64,000 nucleotides of DNA, from positions 2,462 through 66,461 of the forward strand of contig JAZRDO010000001.1 of the NCBI GenBank assembly GCA_045660325.1, read 5' to 3'. This DNA is from Eubacteriales bacterium. Lineage in GTDB: Bacteria > Bacillota > Clostridia > Oscillospirales > CAG-272. How positions within the stretch are numbered: the first letter of the stretch is position 1; every line of letters begins with the position of its first letter. The notes beneath the pieces were generated by a model that saw only the letters and a program-made list of their open reading frames with translations, did no database searches and was not told the DNA's origin. The position numbers were made by a program, and so were the translations under genes. Shown one piece after another: positions 37,157-46,374 of the stretch.

Positions 37157-37288
37157 GTGCAAAGTTAAGAGTGCAAAGTTAAGGTGGATTTTCGGACGAG
37201 CCGAAAATCTCCATTTCCAAACGTACTAACTCTGCATTCTGCACTCTGCACTCTGCCCCCTGCACTCTGCCCCCTGCCCTCTGCACTC
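37156..37288. repeat. Composite short-tandem-repeat palindrome in the engB-lysA spacer
   Basis: AGTGCAAAGTTAAG x2 (37156-37183), a central 10-bp hairpin (37186-37210), then TCTGCAC-type heptamer repeats (37231-37288) that are the near reverse complement of the left repeat core (GAGTGCAAAG vs CTCTGCACTC). Confidence 0.75.
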
Positions 37289-37316
37289 ACAAAAAACTAA
37301 AACAAAGGATAAAACA

Positions 37317-38618
37317 ATGATTTTATACCCTCATCTTTCTACTAACGAAAAAGGACACTTGACCATAGGCGGTCTTGACACAGTTGAGCTTGCCGCAAAA
37401 TACGGCACTCCTGCATACATTATGGACGAGAACGTCATTCGCGAAAATATGCGCGAATACAAATCCGCCGCAGAAAAATATTTCGGCGAGGGCGCTCTTC
37501 CGCTTTTCGCGTCGAAGGCTCTCTGCTTTGTTGAAATATACAAGATTGCCGCAGAGGAAGGACTCGGTATCGACTGCGTTTCGGGCGGCGAGCTTTACAC
37601 CGCAAAGGTAGCGGGCTTCCCCGCAGAGCGCATTTATTTCCACGGCAACAACAAGACACAGCGCGACATTTGCGATGCTATGGATATGGGCGTCGGTCAT
37701 TTCGTTGTTGATAACGTAAACGAGCTTTATGCGGTAAATGCCGAGGCGCAGAAGCGTGGCATTACTCAGGATATTCTCCTTCGCATAACTCCCGGTATAG
37801 ACCCCCACACTCACAAGGCAGTCGTTACGGGCAGCGTTGACTCCAAGTTCGGCAACGCTATCGAAACGGGGCAGGCTATGGAAATAGTGAAGCTTGCGCT
37901 CTCTCTTTCAAACATCAAGCTTGACGGCATTCACTGTCATATCGGCTCACAGATCTTTGACGTTTCACCCTTCGCATCCGCGGCGGAGATTATGACAAGC
38001 TTTATTGCCGATATCAAGACAGAATGTAATTTTGAGATCAAGCAGCTCAACCTCGGCGGCGGGCTCGGTGTAAAGTATCTTGACTCCCAGCCCACAGTAA
38101 ATTACACCGAATCCATTCGCGAGATTGCCGAGATCGTGAAGAAAGAATGCGACAAAAACAATATAAATATGCCCGAGGTGCGCCTCGAGCCCGGTCGCTC
38201 CATAGTTGCCAATGCGGGAATTACACTCTACACAGTTGGCGGCATCAAGGAGATCCCCGGATTCTTAAACTACATTTCGGTTGACGGCGGTATGCCCGAC
38301 AACCCCCGCTACGCGCTCTATCAGTCCCCCTACACCTTTGTTATAGCAAACAAGGCCGACAAGGTGCGCGACTATACGGCGACAATTGCGGGCAGATGCT
38401 GTGAATCGGGCGACCTTCTCGGCGAGAGAGTTGAGATTCAGTCCGCAGAGGTTGGAGACATTCTCGCAACACTCACGACAGGCGCGTACAATTTCTCAAT
38501 GGCATCAAACTACAACCGTATTCCCCGTCCCCCTGTTATTTTTGTCAAGAACGGAGAAGCACGCGTGGTAGTCCGTCGCGAAAGCTACGAGGATCTTATT
38601 CGAAACGATATTTTCTAA
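37317..38618 (+). CDS. lysA: Diaminopimelate decarboxylase
   Basis: PLP-dependent fold-III decarboxylase pattern: FASKAL (Lys), GGGLGV, CCESGD. Confidence 0.92.
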   Translation: MILYPHLSTNEKGHLTIGGLDTVELAAKYGTPAYIMDENVIRENMREYKSAAEKYFGEGALPLFASKALCFVEIYKIAAEEGLGIDCVSGGELYTAKVAGFPAERIYFHGNNKTQRDICDAMDMGVGHFVVDNVNELYAVNAEAQKRGITQDILLRITPGIDPHTHKAVVTGSVDSKFGNAIETGQAMEIVKLALSLSNIKLDGIHCHIGSQIFDVSPFASAAEIMTSFIADIKTECNFEIKQLNLGGGLGVKYLDSQPTVNYTESIREIAEIVKKECDKNNINMPEVRLEPGRSIVANAGITLYTVGGIKEIPGFLNYISVDGGMPDNPRYALYQSPYTFVIANKADKVRDYTATIAGRCCESGDLLGERVEIQSAEVGDILATLTTGAYNFSMASNYNRIPRPPVIFVKNGEARVVVRRESYEDLIRNDIF

Positions 38619-38636
38619 TACTCATAAGGAGTAGCT

Positions 38637-39353
38637 ATGATTTTAAACATTCTCCCCGATCTTATGTCGGGAAACTGGCGTGAGGCGCTCATATATCTGC
38701 TCTTTACGCTCGTAATAGTAATCTTTACTCTGTCTGTTCACGAGGCGGCTCACGGCTTTATAGCCAACAAAATGGGCGATCCTACCGCGAAAAATTTAGG
38801 CAGACTTACAATAAACCCCATAAAGCATCTTGATCCCATCGGATTTCTTGCAATGCTCGTATTCGGCTTCGGTTGGGCAAAGCCCGTGCCGATAAACGCG
38901 CGCCACTTCAAAAATCCCAAATGGGGAATGGCGCTCACAGGTATCGCAGGCCCCGTAGCGAATCTTTTAATGGGTCTTATCGGCTCGATTCTCTACGGCT
39001 TCACTCTCCCCATCTGGGCAAGACTTTCAGCTCAAGAGGGATTTGTGGGCAATATTGCAAACGTAATGCCTCTGTTCTTCTTCCTTCTCGGAATGTACAA
39101 CTTTATCTTTATGGCATTCAACTTAATTCCCCTGCCGCCCTTTGACGGCTCGAGATTTTTCTACGCCTTCCTTCCTGCGAAGGTATATTTCGGTATTATG
39201 AAATATGAGCGCTTTATTTTGCTCGGACTTTTCGCAGTTCTTTTCGTGCTTACAAGATTTTTCGGTATTTCTCCGTTTAGTTGGATTGCCGAGAAAATAT
39301 TCTACGGCGTAGCAAATCCATTTTTCCTCTTAGGAAAGCTCTTATTCCTATAA
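38637..39353 (+). CDS. Site-2 protease family (M50) membrane metalloprotease
   Basis: HEAAHG (HExxH) in TM1 and multiple TM segments. Confidence 0.85.
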   Translation: MILNILPDLMSGNWREALIYLLFTLVIVIFTLSVHEAAHGFIANKMGDPTAKNLGRLTINPIKHLDPIGFLAMLVFGFGWAKPVPINARHFKNPKWGMALTGIAGPVANLLMGLIGSILYGFTLPIWARLSAQEGFVGNIANVMPLFFFLLGMYNFIFMAFNLIPLPPFDGSRFFYAFLPAKVYFGIMKYERFILLGLFAVLFVLTRFFGISPFSWIAEKIFYGVANPFFLLGKLLFL

Positions 39354-39374
39354 AAAACACGGAGGTCAGACCCA

Positions 39375-40166
39375 TTGGAAGAAATTAAATATCATATAGG
39401 TGAGTTCGACGGGCCTCTTGACCTTCTGCTTACCTTGATACAAAAGAACAAGGTCGAGATTCAGGACATCCCGATCTCCCTTATCTGCGATCAATATATG
39501 GCGTATCTTAACGAAGCGCAAAAGCTCAATATGGATATCGCAACCGAGTTTCTCGTTATGGCGAGCGAGCTTATGCTTATCAAAAGTAAGATGCTCCTCC
39601 CCAAAATCAAAGAGGACGAGGAAGACCCACGCGCCTCTTTGGCTGACGCGCTTATCAAATACGCGCAGGCGAAGGAAGCGGCAAAGAAAATGGCGCTCCT
39701 CTACCCCAAATACAGTGGCAGACTTGAAAAGGACACCGACGAAATTTCCATTGACAAGAGCTTTGTCGAGGATCAGGAAGTCGAAGCATTAACTCAGGCG
39801 GTGCGCCGCATAATCACCTACAATGAAAACAGACCAAAGCTCGAAAAGAATATTTTCAAGCCTATGATAAGCTCTCCCATAGTTCCCGTCGAGGTAAAGA
39901 TCGTGGGCATTTTAAACAAAATGGGCGAGACTAATGCTCCTACTAAAATAAAATCGCTGCTTGACGAGGCAACTTCTCTGCCCGATATGATCGCGATTTT
40001 CTTAGGTATTCTGGAGCTTATTAAAATACGCAGGATTCTTATCTGCGACAACGACGAATTTTCCACCATTCTCGACGACGAGGCAACCCTTGTAATGAAT
40101 GAAAATTACAGCGAAGAGATGGCAAAGAAGACAGATACGACAAAGGAGGAAGAAACAAATGAATGA
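39375..40166 (+). CDS. scpA: Segregation and condensation protein A
   Basis: FDGPLDLLLTLIQKNKVEIQDIPI. TTG start 9 nt after GGAGG. Confidence 0.88.
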   Translation: MEEIKYHIGEFDGPLDLLLTLIQKNKVEIQDIPISLICDQYMAYLNEAQKLNMDIATEFLVMASELMLIKSKMLLPKIKEDEEDPRASLADALIKYAQAKEAAKKMALLYPKYSGRLEKDTDEISIDKSFVEDQEVEALTQAVRRIITYNENRPKLEKNIFKPMISSPIVPVEVKIVGILNKMGETNAPTKIKSLLDEATSLPDMIAIFLGILELIKIRRILICDNDEFSTILDDEATLVMNENYSEEMAKKTDTTKEEETNE

Positions 40167-40752
40167 TGAGCTCCGTCCTATAGCCGACGTTACCGCCGCA
40201 ATTGAAGCGATACTTTTCGCGGCAGGTCATCCCGTAGAATACGAGTGCCTCGCGGCAGTTCTCGGTCTTTCCGAGGGCGACGTGAAGGTCATCCTGACGG
40301 AAATGGCAAAGGAATACGAGTCCCCCGACTCACGTCGCGGTCTTCTTCTCCTTATGTACCCCACGGGATGCCAGCTCTCCACAAAGGAGCAGTTCCTTCC
40401 CTACATACGTGAGGCCCTCGGTATAAAACGCGGCGGCAACCTCTCCAACTCTACTATGGAGGCACTTGCAATCGTGGCTTATAACCAGCCCGTAACCCGC
40501 TCCGACGTTGACAACATCCGCGGCGTTGACTCATCCTACGCTATGACCTCCTTGATCGACAAGGGACTTATTGAGGTCTGCGGCAGACTCGAAGCGCCCG
40601 GTCGTCCTATGCTTTACGCGACAAGTGACAAGTTCCTGCGCGTGTTCGGCATCTCCTCCCTTGAGGAGCTTCCTGTAACCGAGCTTACCCACATCAACGA
40701 GGATGCGGACACCGACACAGAAAACGGCGAGGAAAACTCAATAACCATCTGA
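40159..40752 (+). CDS. scpB: Segregation and condensation protein B
   Basis: I prefer ATG 40159 (MNDELRP...AIEAILFAAGHPV), RBS AGGAGG. 8-nt overlap with scpA. Confidence 0.9.
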   Translation: MNDELRPIADVTAAIEAILFAAGHPVEYECLAAVLGLSEGDVKVILTEMAKEYESPDSRRGLLLLMYPTGCQLSTKEQFLPYIREALGIKRGGNLSNSTMEALAIVAYNQPVTRSDVDNIRGVDSSYAMTSLIDKGLIEVCGRLEAPGRPMLYATSDKFLRVFGISSLEELPVTELTHINEDADTDTENGEENSITI

Positions 40753-40781
40753 TTTAAGCGTACAAAAATCTTCAGAGAGGA

Positions 40782-41594
40782 GTGATAAATATAACTACAC
40801 CGCAAATTATACTTACGGTGGTATTGAGCCTTCTTGGCTTGATTCTTCTGCTATTTACGTTGGCAATAGTATTAAGAGTCAAGATAACCCTTAAGATCGA
40901 AGAAGAGCTTTCCCTGTTTATCACCTTCCTCGGAGTAAGATTCAAAATTCTTCCCAAGAAAAAGAAAAAATACCGACTTTCACGGTATACGTTAAAGAAG
41001 ATCCGCGCGCGTGAGGAAAAAGCCGAGAGGCGAAAGAAAAAGCGTGCAGAACGTGCCGAGCGCGAAAAAGCAAAGAAGGAGCAAAGAAACAAAAAGAAGA
41101 AAAAGAAGAAGGGTACGGCAAAGAAGACTGAGAAGAAGACCGAGAAAAAGTCCTCTATGTTCTCAAAATCCGATATCCCCGACGCTCTGAATCTTTTTAT
41201 TGACATATTAAAAATAACCCCGAAAACCTTCCTTTCAAGATTCCATTTCCATGTGGCAAAGCTTCACTTAACGATAGGTAGCGACAACGCGGCAAAAACG
41301 GCGATCATATACGGCGCGATCGCGGGCGCGCTCTACCCTACCCTTGAATTCTTCGACAGACATTCAAATCTCCACAAACGGAACGCTGATATTTTTATCG
41401 AAGCGGACTACACTGCGGAAAAAATCACCTTCCGCGGAAACGTCGCATTCTCAATGAGCGTCCTCGGACTCTTACTCGCCTTCCTCAAGCTCGGCATAAA
41501 GCTTCTTGTCGGCGGTATCAAGATCCTTGCAAAATCAAAGGATGATTCAGACGGTGAAAATACGGAGAATAACACTGAAAATAAAGAAAAATAA
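40782..41594 (+). CDS. DUF2953/YtfI-like sporulation-associated membrane protein with Lys/Glu-rich insert
   Basis: N-terminal TM, a K/E/R low-complexity stretch (KKKKKYR...KKEQRNKKKKKKKG...), and a position directly upstream of gerW/ytfJ. The start codon is uncertain (a GTG abutting the RBS). Confidence 0.6.
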   Translation: MINITTPQIILTVVLSLLGLILLLFTLAIVLRVKITLKIEEELSLFITFLGVRFKILPKKKKKYRLSRYTLKKIRAREEKAERRKKKRAERAEREKAKKEQRNKKKKKKKGTAKKTEKKTEKKSSMFSKSDIPDALNLFIDILKITPKTFLSRFHFHVAKLHLTIGSDNAAKTAIIYGAIAGALYPTLEFFDRHSNLHKRNADIFIEADYTAEKITFRGNVAFSMSVLGLLLAFLKLGIKLLVGGIKILAKSKDDSDGENTENNTENKEK

Positions 41595-41629
41595 TTATTA
41601 ATATACAAAGCAAAGAGAGGATTAAAATT

Positions 41630-42049
41630 ATGGCATCCGAAAACAAGCTTCAGGAAGTTGTACAGGTAACCTTGGCTCAGATCCGCAATATGATCGATGC
41701 GGACACAGTTATCGGTACTCCCATTCAGACAGCCCCCGGCACGACTATCATTCCCGTTTCCAAGGTTTGCGTAGGCTTTGCAACAGGCGGTATTGACTAC
41801 AACGACAAGAACGGCGGCGCTCAGGGTAAGCCCCAGAACTTCGGCGCAGGCGGCGGCACAGGCATTACAGTTCAGCCCATTGGTCTTATCTGCATCAACA
41901 AGGAAGGCAGAACGGAATTTATCAATATCGGCGTAAAGGTTCCCGCTGATCCCATTGACCAGCTTATCGACCTTCTTGACCGTTCCCCCGAGATCGTAGC
42001 AAAGTTCAAGGATATCTTCGACAAGAAGAGCGACGAGACAAAGAACTGA
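41630..42049 (+). CDS. gerW: Spore germination protein GerW (YtfJ family)
   Basis: ...VIGTPIQTAPGTTIIPVSKVCVGFATGG...FGAGGGTGITVQPIG.... Confidence 0.85.
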   Translation: MASENKLQEVVQVTLAQIRNMIDADTVIGTPIQTAPGTTIIPVSKVCVGFATGGIDYNDKNGGAQGKPQNFGAGGGTGITVQPIGLICINKEGRTEFINIGVKVPADPIDQLIDLLDRSPEIVAKFKDIFDKKSDETKN

Positions 42050-42067
42050 TCAATTGTAATATATCAC

Positions 42068-42115
42068 CCTCCGATAAAATATAAATTATAATGAAGCCTT
42101 ATATTTTGTCGGGGG
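42068..42115 (+). promoter_or_regulatory. 17-bp hairpin sequestering part of the RBS of the downstream carboxypeptidase gene
   Basis: 42068-42084 pairs with 42099-42115 (17 consecutive pairs including 2 G-U, 14-nt loop). The 3' arm contains GGGGG of the GGGGGTGG SD for ATG 42125. Confidence 0.5.
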
Positions 42116-42124
42116 TGGTATGCT

Positions 42125-43306
42125 ATGCCAAAATACGCGTGCCGATTTAAACGGATCGGCATTTTTCTGATACTTATTATTTTCTCCGTATGTCTTTCAT
42201 CCTGCTCGGACACGGACAATGCCACAGCTATGCCCGAAAAAATAATTATGCGGGTGACCGATGTGGATGCATACGCCCTGCCCGAGGTATCCGCCAAGGC
42301 AGCTATCGGAATAGAGACGTCAAGCGGAGAGATATTCTACTCAAAAAACATCCACACGCGGCTTCCCATGGCATCTACTACAAAAATTATGACCGCCATC
42401 ATTGCGCTCGAAAAGGGAAGGCTTTCCGACACGGTTAAAATTCACAAGAATGCCGTTGGTATCGAGGGCTCGTCAATATATCTCTACGAGGGTGAATGCC
42501 TGACGCTTGAGGACCTTCTCTATGCCCTGATGCTTGAATCCGCAAACGATGCGGCAATAGCGATCGCCATACACGTATCGGGCGACGTAGAGGGCTTTGT
42601 CGGGCTTATGAATGATAAGGCGGAGAAGCTGGGACTTGAGAACACTCATTTTGAAAATCCGCACGGGCTTGATTCAGGCGAGCATTACACTACGGCATAC
42701 GACCTTGGAGTAATTGCCGCGTACGGCATGAAAAATCCCGATTTCCGCAAAATAGTTTCCACCTACAAAAAGGTTATTCCCTTAGCTGACGGCGAGGGCG
42801 CGCGGGTGCTTATCAACCACAACAAGCTTATCCGCAACTACGACGGCGCGATCGGAATCAAAACGGGCTACACCAAGAAAAGCGGTCGTTGTCTTGTCTC
42901 GGCAACCTCACGGGACGGTGTTGAGCTTATTTGCGTAACCATTTCCGCCCCGTCGGATTGGCAGGACCACGAAAACATCCTTGATTTAGGAAATTCGATA
43001 TACGAGCATAAATCTCTTGCCGTTGCGGGAGAAATATCCCTTCCCTTGCCTGTAATTAACGGCAAAGACTCCGAAATTACGCTTAAAAATTCCATTGACG
43101 TTTCCGCGACCGTGCGCCGCGGAACAGAAATTACAACAATCATCGAAGCGCCGAGATTTGTTTTCACTCCCATAAAAGCGGGCGAGACGGTCGGCAGAGT
43201 CATATACGTTTTGAACGGCGATATAATCGGGGAATCCCCTCTCGTTGCCACACACGACGTCCAACAGATAAAACACAAAGGATTTTTTGGTATATTCAAA
43301 AAATAA
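42125..43306 (+). CDS. D-alanyl-D-alanine carboxypeptidase (S11, DacB/DacF-like), lipoprotein-type signal
   Basis: SxxK (ASTTKIM), SxN (ESANDA), KTG (IKTGYT). N-terminal ...FSVCLSSC lipobox. Confidence 0.9.
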   Translation: MPKYACRFKRIGIFLILIIFSVCLSSCSDTDNATAMPEKIIMRVTDVDAYALPEVSAKAAIGIETSSGEIFYSKNIHTRLPMASTTKIMTAIIALEKGRLSDTVKIHKNAVGIEGSSIYLYEGECLTLEDLLYALMLESANDAAIAIAIHVSGDVEGFVGLMNDKAEKLGLENTHFENPHGLDSGEHYTTAYDLGVIAAYGMKNPDFRKIVSTYKKVIPLADGEGARVLINHNKLIRNYDGAIGIKTGYTKKSGRCLVSATSRDGVELICVTISAPSDWQDHENILDLGNSIYEHKSLAVAGEISLPLPVINGKDSEITLKNSIDVSATVRRGTEITTIIEAPRFVFTPIKAGETVGRVIYVLNGDIIGESPLVATHDVQQIKHKGFFGIFKK

Positions 43307-43314
43307 AATTAATT

Positions 43315-44061
43315 ATGGAAAAAATCAGACTTGCTAAATATTTTACCGACTGCGGCATAATGTCAAGACGCGCGGCGGAAATTGAAATACAAAAGGGCTT
43401 TGTCAAGGTAAACGGCATCGTTGCCGAGCTTGGCGAGAAGATAGATCCCGAACATGACGTTGTTGAATACAAGGGTAGACGTATCAAGCCCCAGACTCTT
43501 GATAAGGTATGCATTATGCTCAACAAGCCCCGCGGATTCGTTACGACGACCTCCGACGAAAAGGGACGCTCAAACGTAACCGAGCTTTGCCAGATCAAGG
43601 GCGCAAACGGAAAGCTCCTCCGTCTCTACCCTATCGGAAGACTTGATATGGACTCGGACGGACTCCTCTTGCTCACAAACGACGGCGAGCTCGCAAATAT
43701 GCTTACCCACCCGAAGCATAATATTCCTAAGATCTATCACGTAACTCTTCCTTATATATTTAATGATGAAGAACTACGCGCGCTCGGTCAGTCTATCGTT
43801 ATCGACGGACGAAGAACACAGCCCTGTCGCGTTCGTAAAGTGCGCGAAAACTCGCAGGGGTACAATTCCTATACCGTTGTCGAATTCGAGCTTTACGAGG
43901 GCAGAAATCGCCAGATACGCCGTATGTGCGAGGCAAACGGAAGGAAGATCAAACAGCTGACGAGAGTTGCGATCGGAGATATAAAGCTCAGAGATCTGCC
44001 TCTCGGAAAATGGCGTTATCTTACCGACAAAGAGATCAGATATCTCAAGGCTCAGGCATAA
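43315..44061 (+). CDS. rluB: Pseudouridine synthase, RsuA/RluB family
   Basis: S4 domain N-terminus and the RLDMDSDGLLLLTNDGEL catalytic motif. Confidence 0.88.
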   Translation: MEKIRLAKYFTDCGIMSRRAAEIEIQKGFVKVNGIVAELGEKIDPEHDVVEYKGRRIKPQTLDKVCIMLNKPRGFVTTTSDEKGRSNVTELCQIKGANGKLLRLYPIGRLDMDSDGLLLLTNDGELANMLTHPKHNIPKIYHVTLPYIFNDEELRALGQSIVIDGRRTQPCRVRKVRENSQGYNSYTVVEFELYEGRNRQIRRMCEANGRKIKQLTRVAIGDIKLRDLPLGKWRYLTDKEIRYLKAQA

Positions 44062-44106
44062 AAATATCGCACCTGAAAAATGACTTAATTTTCAAAAATA
44101 AAAGAA

Positions 44107-44141
44107 CACCCGCAAAGGAAATCCTTTGCGGGTGATTTTTT
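44107..44141. terminator. Bidirectional rho-independent terminator
   Basis: CACCCGCAAAGGA-aa-TCCTTTGCGGGTG flanked by A-run and T-run, between convergent rluB and the ABC operon. Confidence 0.8.
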
Positions 44142-44154
44142 GTATATCGGGAAA

Positions 44155-45396
44155 TTACTCAGCAGTAAGACCCGAACGCTCAATACCTTCAACAAGGTAT
44201 CTCTGCAGGAATGTGTAAAGAATTACGAGAGGAGCGATGATCATAAGCAACGAGGTGTTCTTTATCGTCTCGTTATAAAGCTTCTGACCAATGAATCCCT
44301 CCTGGATCAACTCGTGAGGAACGGTGCTGGCAATATCCTTCAAGAGATAGAGGCTATTGTTACCGTTATTCTTCCATACGCCCGACGTGGAGAGGAAGAG
44401 CTTACCTGTATAGAAGGTGTCTGTCCACTGCCAGCAGAACGCAAACAGGAATACCGTGATCATCATAGGAACGGACATCGGCAGAATAATCTGAATGAAT
44501 GTTCTGAAGTCTCCCGAGCCGTCGATATATGCAGATTCCTCAATAGAGTCGGGAATTCCGCGGAAGAACTGACGGAGCATAAAGATATACAAGCCGTTCT
44601 TGAACGCGAGACCCGTTACCGAAAGCAGGATAAACGGAATTCGTGTATTAAGAAGATTGATGGAGTGATCCTTGGATATCATAACGATTTTCTTTGCATT
44701 TTCGTTGAAGATAGGTCCTAACGTACCATTATTCTTAAACATATTTGCGAAGAACATTGCGATATCGTGAAGGACTCCGCCCTCCTTAAAGATGTTGATC
44801 GAGGCGAGAGCATTATCGATTCCCTCAACTCCAACTGACGCGCCGCCACTCAAAAAGCTTACGATGCCGAATATATCGAAGTTCTTAAAGCCCGTATAAA
44901 TAGCATAGTAAAGTGTCTTATGAGGAACTACCATCGTAAATACTACGAGGAGGAATATAAGCTTATTTCCCTTGAACTTGTACTTTGCAAGACCGTACGC
45001 GATAAAGCAGCAAACAAAGGTTTGAAGGATCGCGCAGGTGAAGGAAAGTGTAAACGTATTGAAGAACGCGGTCATATAGTGATTTTCTATAAAGATCGTC
45101 TTATACGTATTAAGTGTAAAGTTACGGGGGATAAGTCTTACCGTTGCGTCAACAAGGTCCTCGGGAGCCATAAATGAGCCCGTGATCTTTGTGAAGAAGG
45201 GGTAAAGTACTATGTACGCGATACCAAGAAGGAAGATAAATCTTACGATCTTGATAACGATACCTGAAAGGAAATAGAAATTTAAGAATTTAGCCTTAAG
45301 TCTGTCCTTGAGAGGTGTTCTGTCGAACTCGACTCTAATTTTATTCTTAGACTCTTTTTTCACTCTCGGAGCAGACGAAGTGTTCTGTGCATCCAT
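44155..45396 (-). CDS. Carbohydrate ABC transporter permease (MalG-like, unusually long at 413 aa)
   Basis: EAA loop EESAYIDGSGDFRTFIQIILPMSVP and C-terminal ...FLQRYLVEGIERSGLTAE. Has an N-terminal extension and a long extracytoplasmic loop. Confidence 0.85.
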   Translation of the reverse strand: MDAQNTSSAPRVKKESKNKIRVEFDRTPLKDRLKAKFLNFYFLSGIVIKIVRFIFLLGIAYIVLYPFFTKITGSFMAPEDLVDATVRLIPRNFTLNTYKTIFIENHYMTAFFNTFTLSFTCAILQTFVCCFIAYGLAKYKFKGNKLIFLLVVFTMVVPHKTLYYAIYTGFKNFDIFGIVSFLSGGASVGVEGIDNALASINIFKEGGVLHDIAMFFANMFKNNGTLGPIFNENAKKIVMISKDHSINLLNTRIPFILLSVTGLAFKNGLYIFMLRQFFRGIPDSIEESAYIDGSGDFRTFIQIILPMSVPMMITVFLFAFCWQWTDTFYTGKLFLSTSGVWKNNGNNSLYLLKDIASTVPHELIQEGFIGQKLYNETIKNTSLLMIIAPLVILYTFLQRYLVEGIERSGLTAE

Positions 45397-45411
45397 GTTT
45401 CTACCTCCTTT

Positions 45412-46359
45412 TTAGTCTTTACGCTGATAGAATACGAACATCGACATAAATGCGGAAACCGCGCCGATAATAAGTATTACCATCAAGAAGTACATCCACG
45501 ACATTGCCGCGCCAACCTCGGGTTCTTTCTTATTGACGTTGTCAATAAACATCATAACCGTGTTGTTTTCGGTAGTAAACGCGTCGATAACAGTATATAC
45601 AGCGTTAACGAGGATCATCGGGCTGATCATCGGGAATGTAATCTTCCAGAAGGTCTCCCAGCCTGTCGCACCGTCAATCTTACAAGCCTCGTAGATTGCA
45701 GGAGAAATGGACTGCAAGCCCGAGAGGAAGATAAGCATCTGTACGCCCGAACGGTTTACAATGTCGTAAATATCGTTGATTATCTTTACTACGTAACCTA
45801 CAAGCTCTTGTCCGACCGCCATATTGGAGAATAGCGCCTCAATATCCAGCGCCGAGACAATGTCCGAGGTCGCGCTTGACTCCGCACCGCTGTCAAAGCC
45901 CATGGAATCCATAGGAGCTGAAGAGGATGCGGGTGTCATAATACCTGTTGCAAGTACAACAGGGAGGAAGAAGATAGCTCTGAAGGCTGCTCTTCCCGCC
46001 ATCTTCTGGTTAAGAAGAATAGCCATGAAAAGTGAGAACAGAAGAATCGCAGGGATATCGAAGATCATCTCACCAAGACCGGGGAGAAGAGTTTCGAGGA
46101 ATGCGTGCTCTGTAAGTGCTGTCTGATAGTTTCTGAATCCTACGAAGCGGGGCTCGGAACGAATCGTCTCCGCAAGGTAGAACGTATCCTTCAAGGAATT
46201 GAAGATAATGGGAAGGTAGATGCATACAAAGCCAAGGATAAAAGGAAGAACGAATACCCAGCCCACACGAGCCTTACGCTTATCCAGAGATGCAATTTTT
46301 CTTTTCTTGGGAGCGGCATTTCTGCCGCTCTTATTATTAAGCTTTACTTCGCTTGTCAT
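45412..46359 (-). CDS. Sugar ABC transporter permease (MalF/LplB-like)
   Basis: EAA loop YEACKIDGATGWETFWKITFPMISP. I prefer ATG 46359 (about 9 nt after GGAGGAG) over the GTG at 46365. Confidence 0.85.
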   Translation of the reverse strand: MTSEVKLNNKSGRNAAPKKRKIASLDKRKARVGWVFVLPFILGFVCIYLPIIFNSLKDTFYLAETIRSEPRFVGFRNYQTALTEHAFLETLLPGLGEMIFDIPAILLFSLFMAILLNQKMAGRAAFRAIFFLPVVLATGIMTPASSSAPMDSMGFDSGAESSATSDIVSALDIEALFSNMAVGQELVGYVVKIINDIYDIVNRSGVQMLIFLSGLQSISPAIYEACKIDGATGWETFWKITFPMISPMILVNAVYTVIDAFTTENNTVMMFIDNVNKKEPEVGAAMSWMYFLMVILIIGAVSAFMSMFVFYQRKD

Positions 46360-46374
46360 ATTCACATCTCCTCC

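Noticed and set aside
37156-37288. Possible CRISPR array or CIRCE (HrcA) operator, because of the repeated GAGTGC/GCACTC cores.
   Set aside because: The repeats are 7-14 nt with no spacers, so this is not a CRISPR array. CIRCE needs TTAGCACTC-N9-GAGTGCTAA, which is not present.
40772-41206. 144-aa minus-strand ORF with FFFFFFLFLCSFF runs.
   Set aside because: It is the antisense of the polypurine (Lys/Glu) tract of the DUF2953-like gene, a low-complexity artefact.
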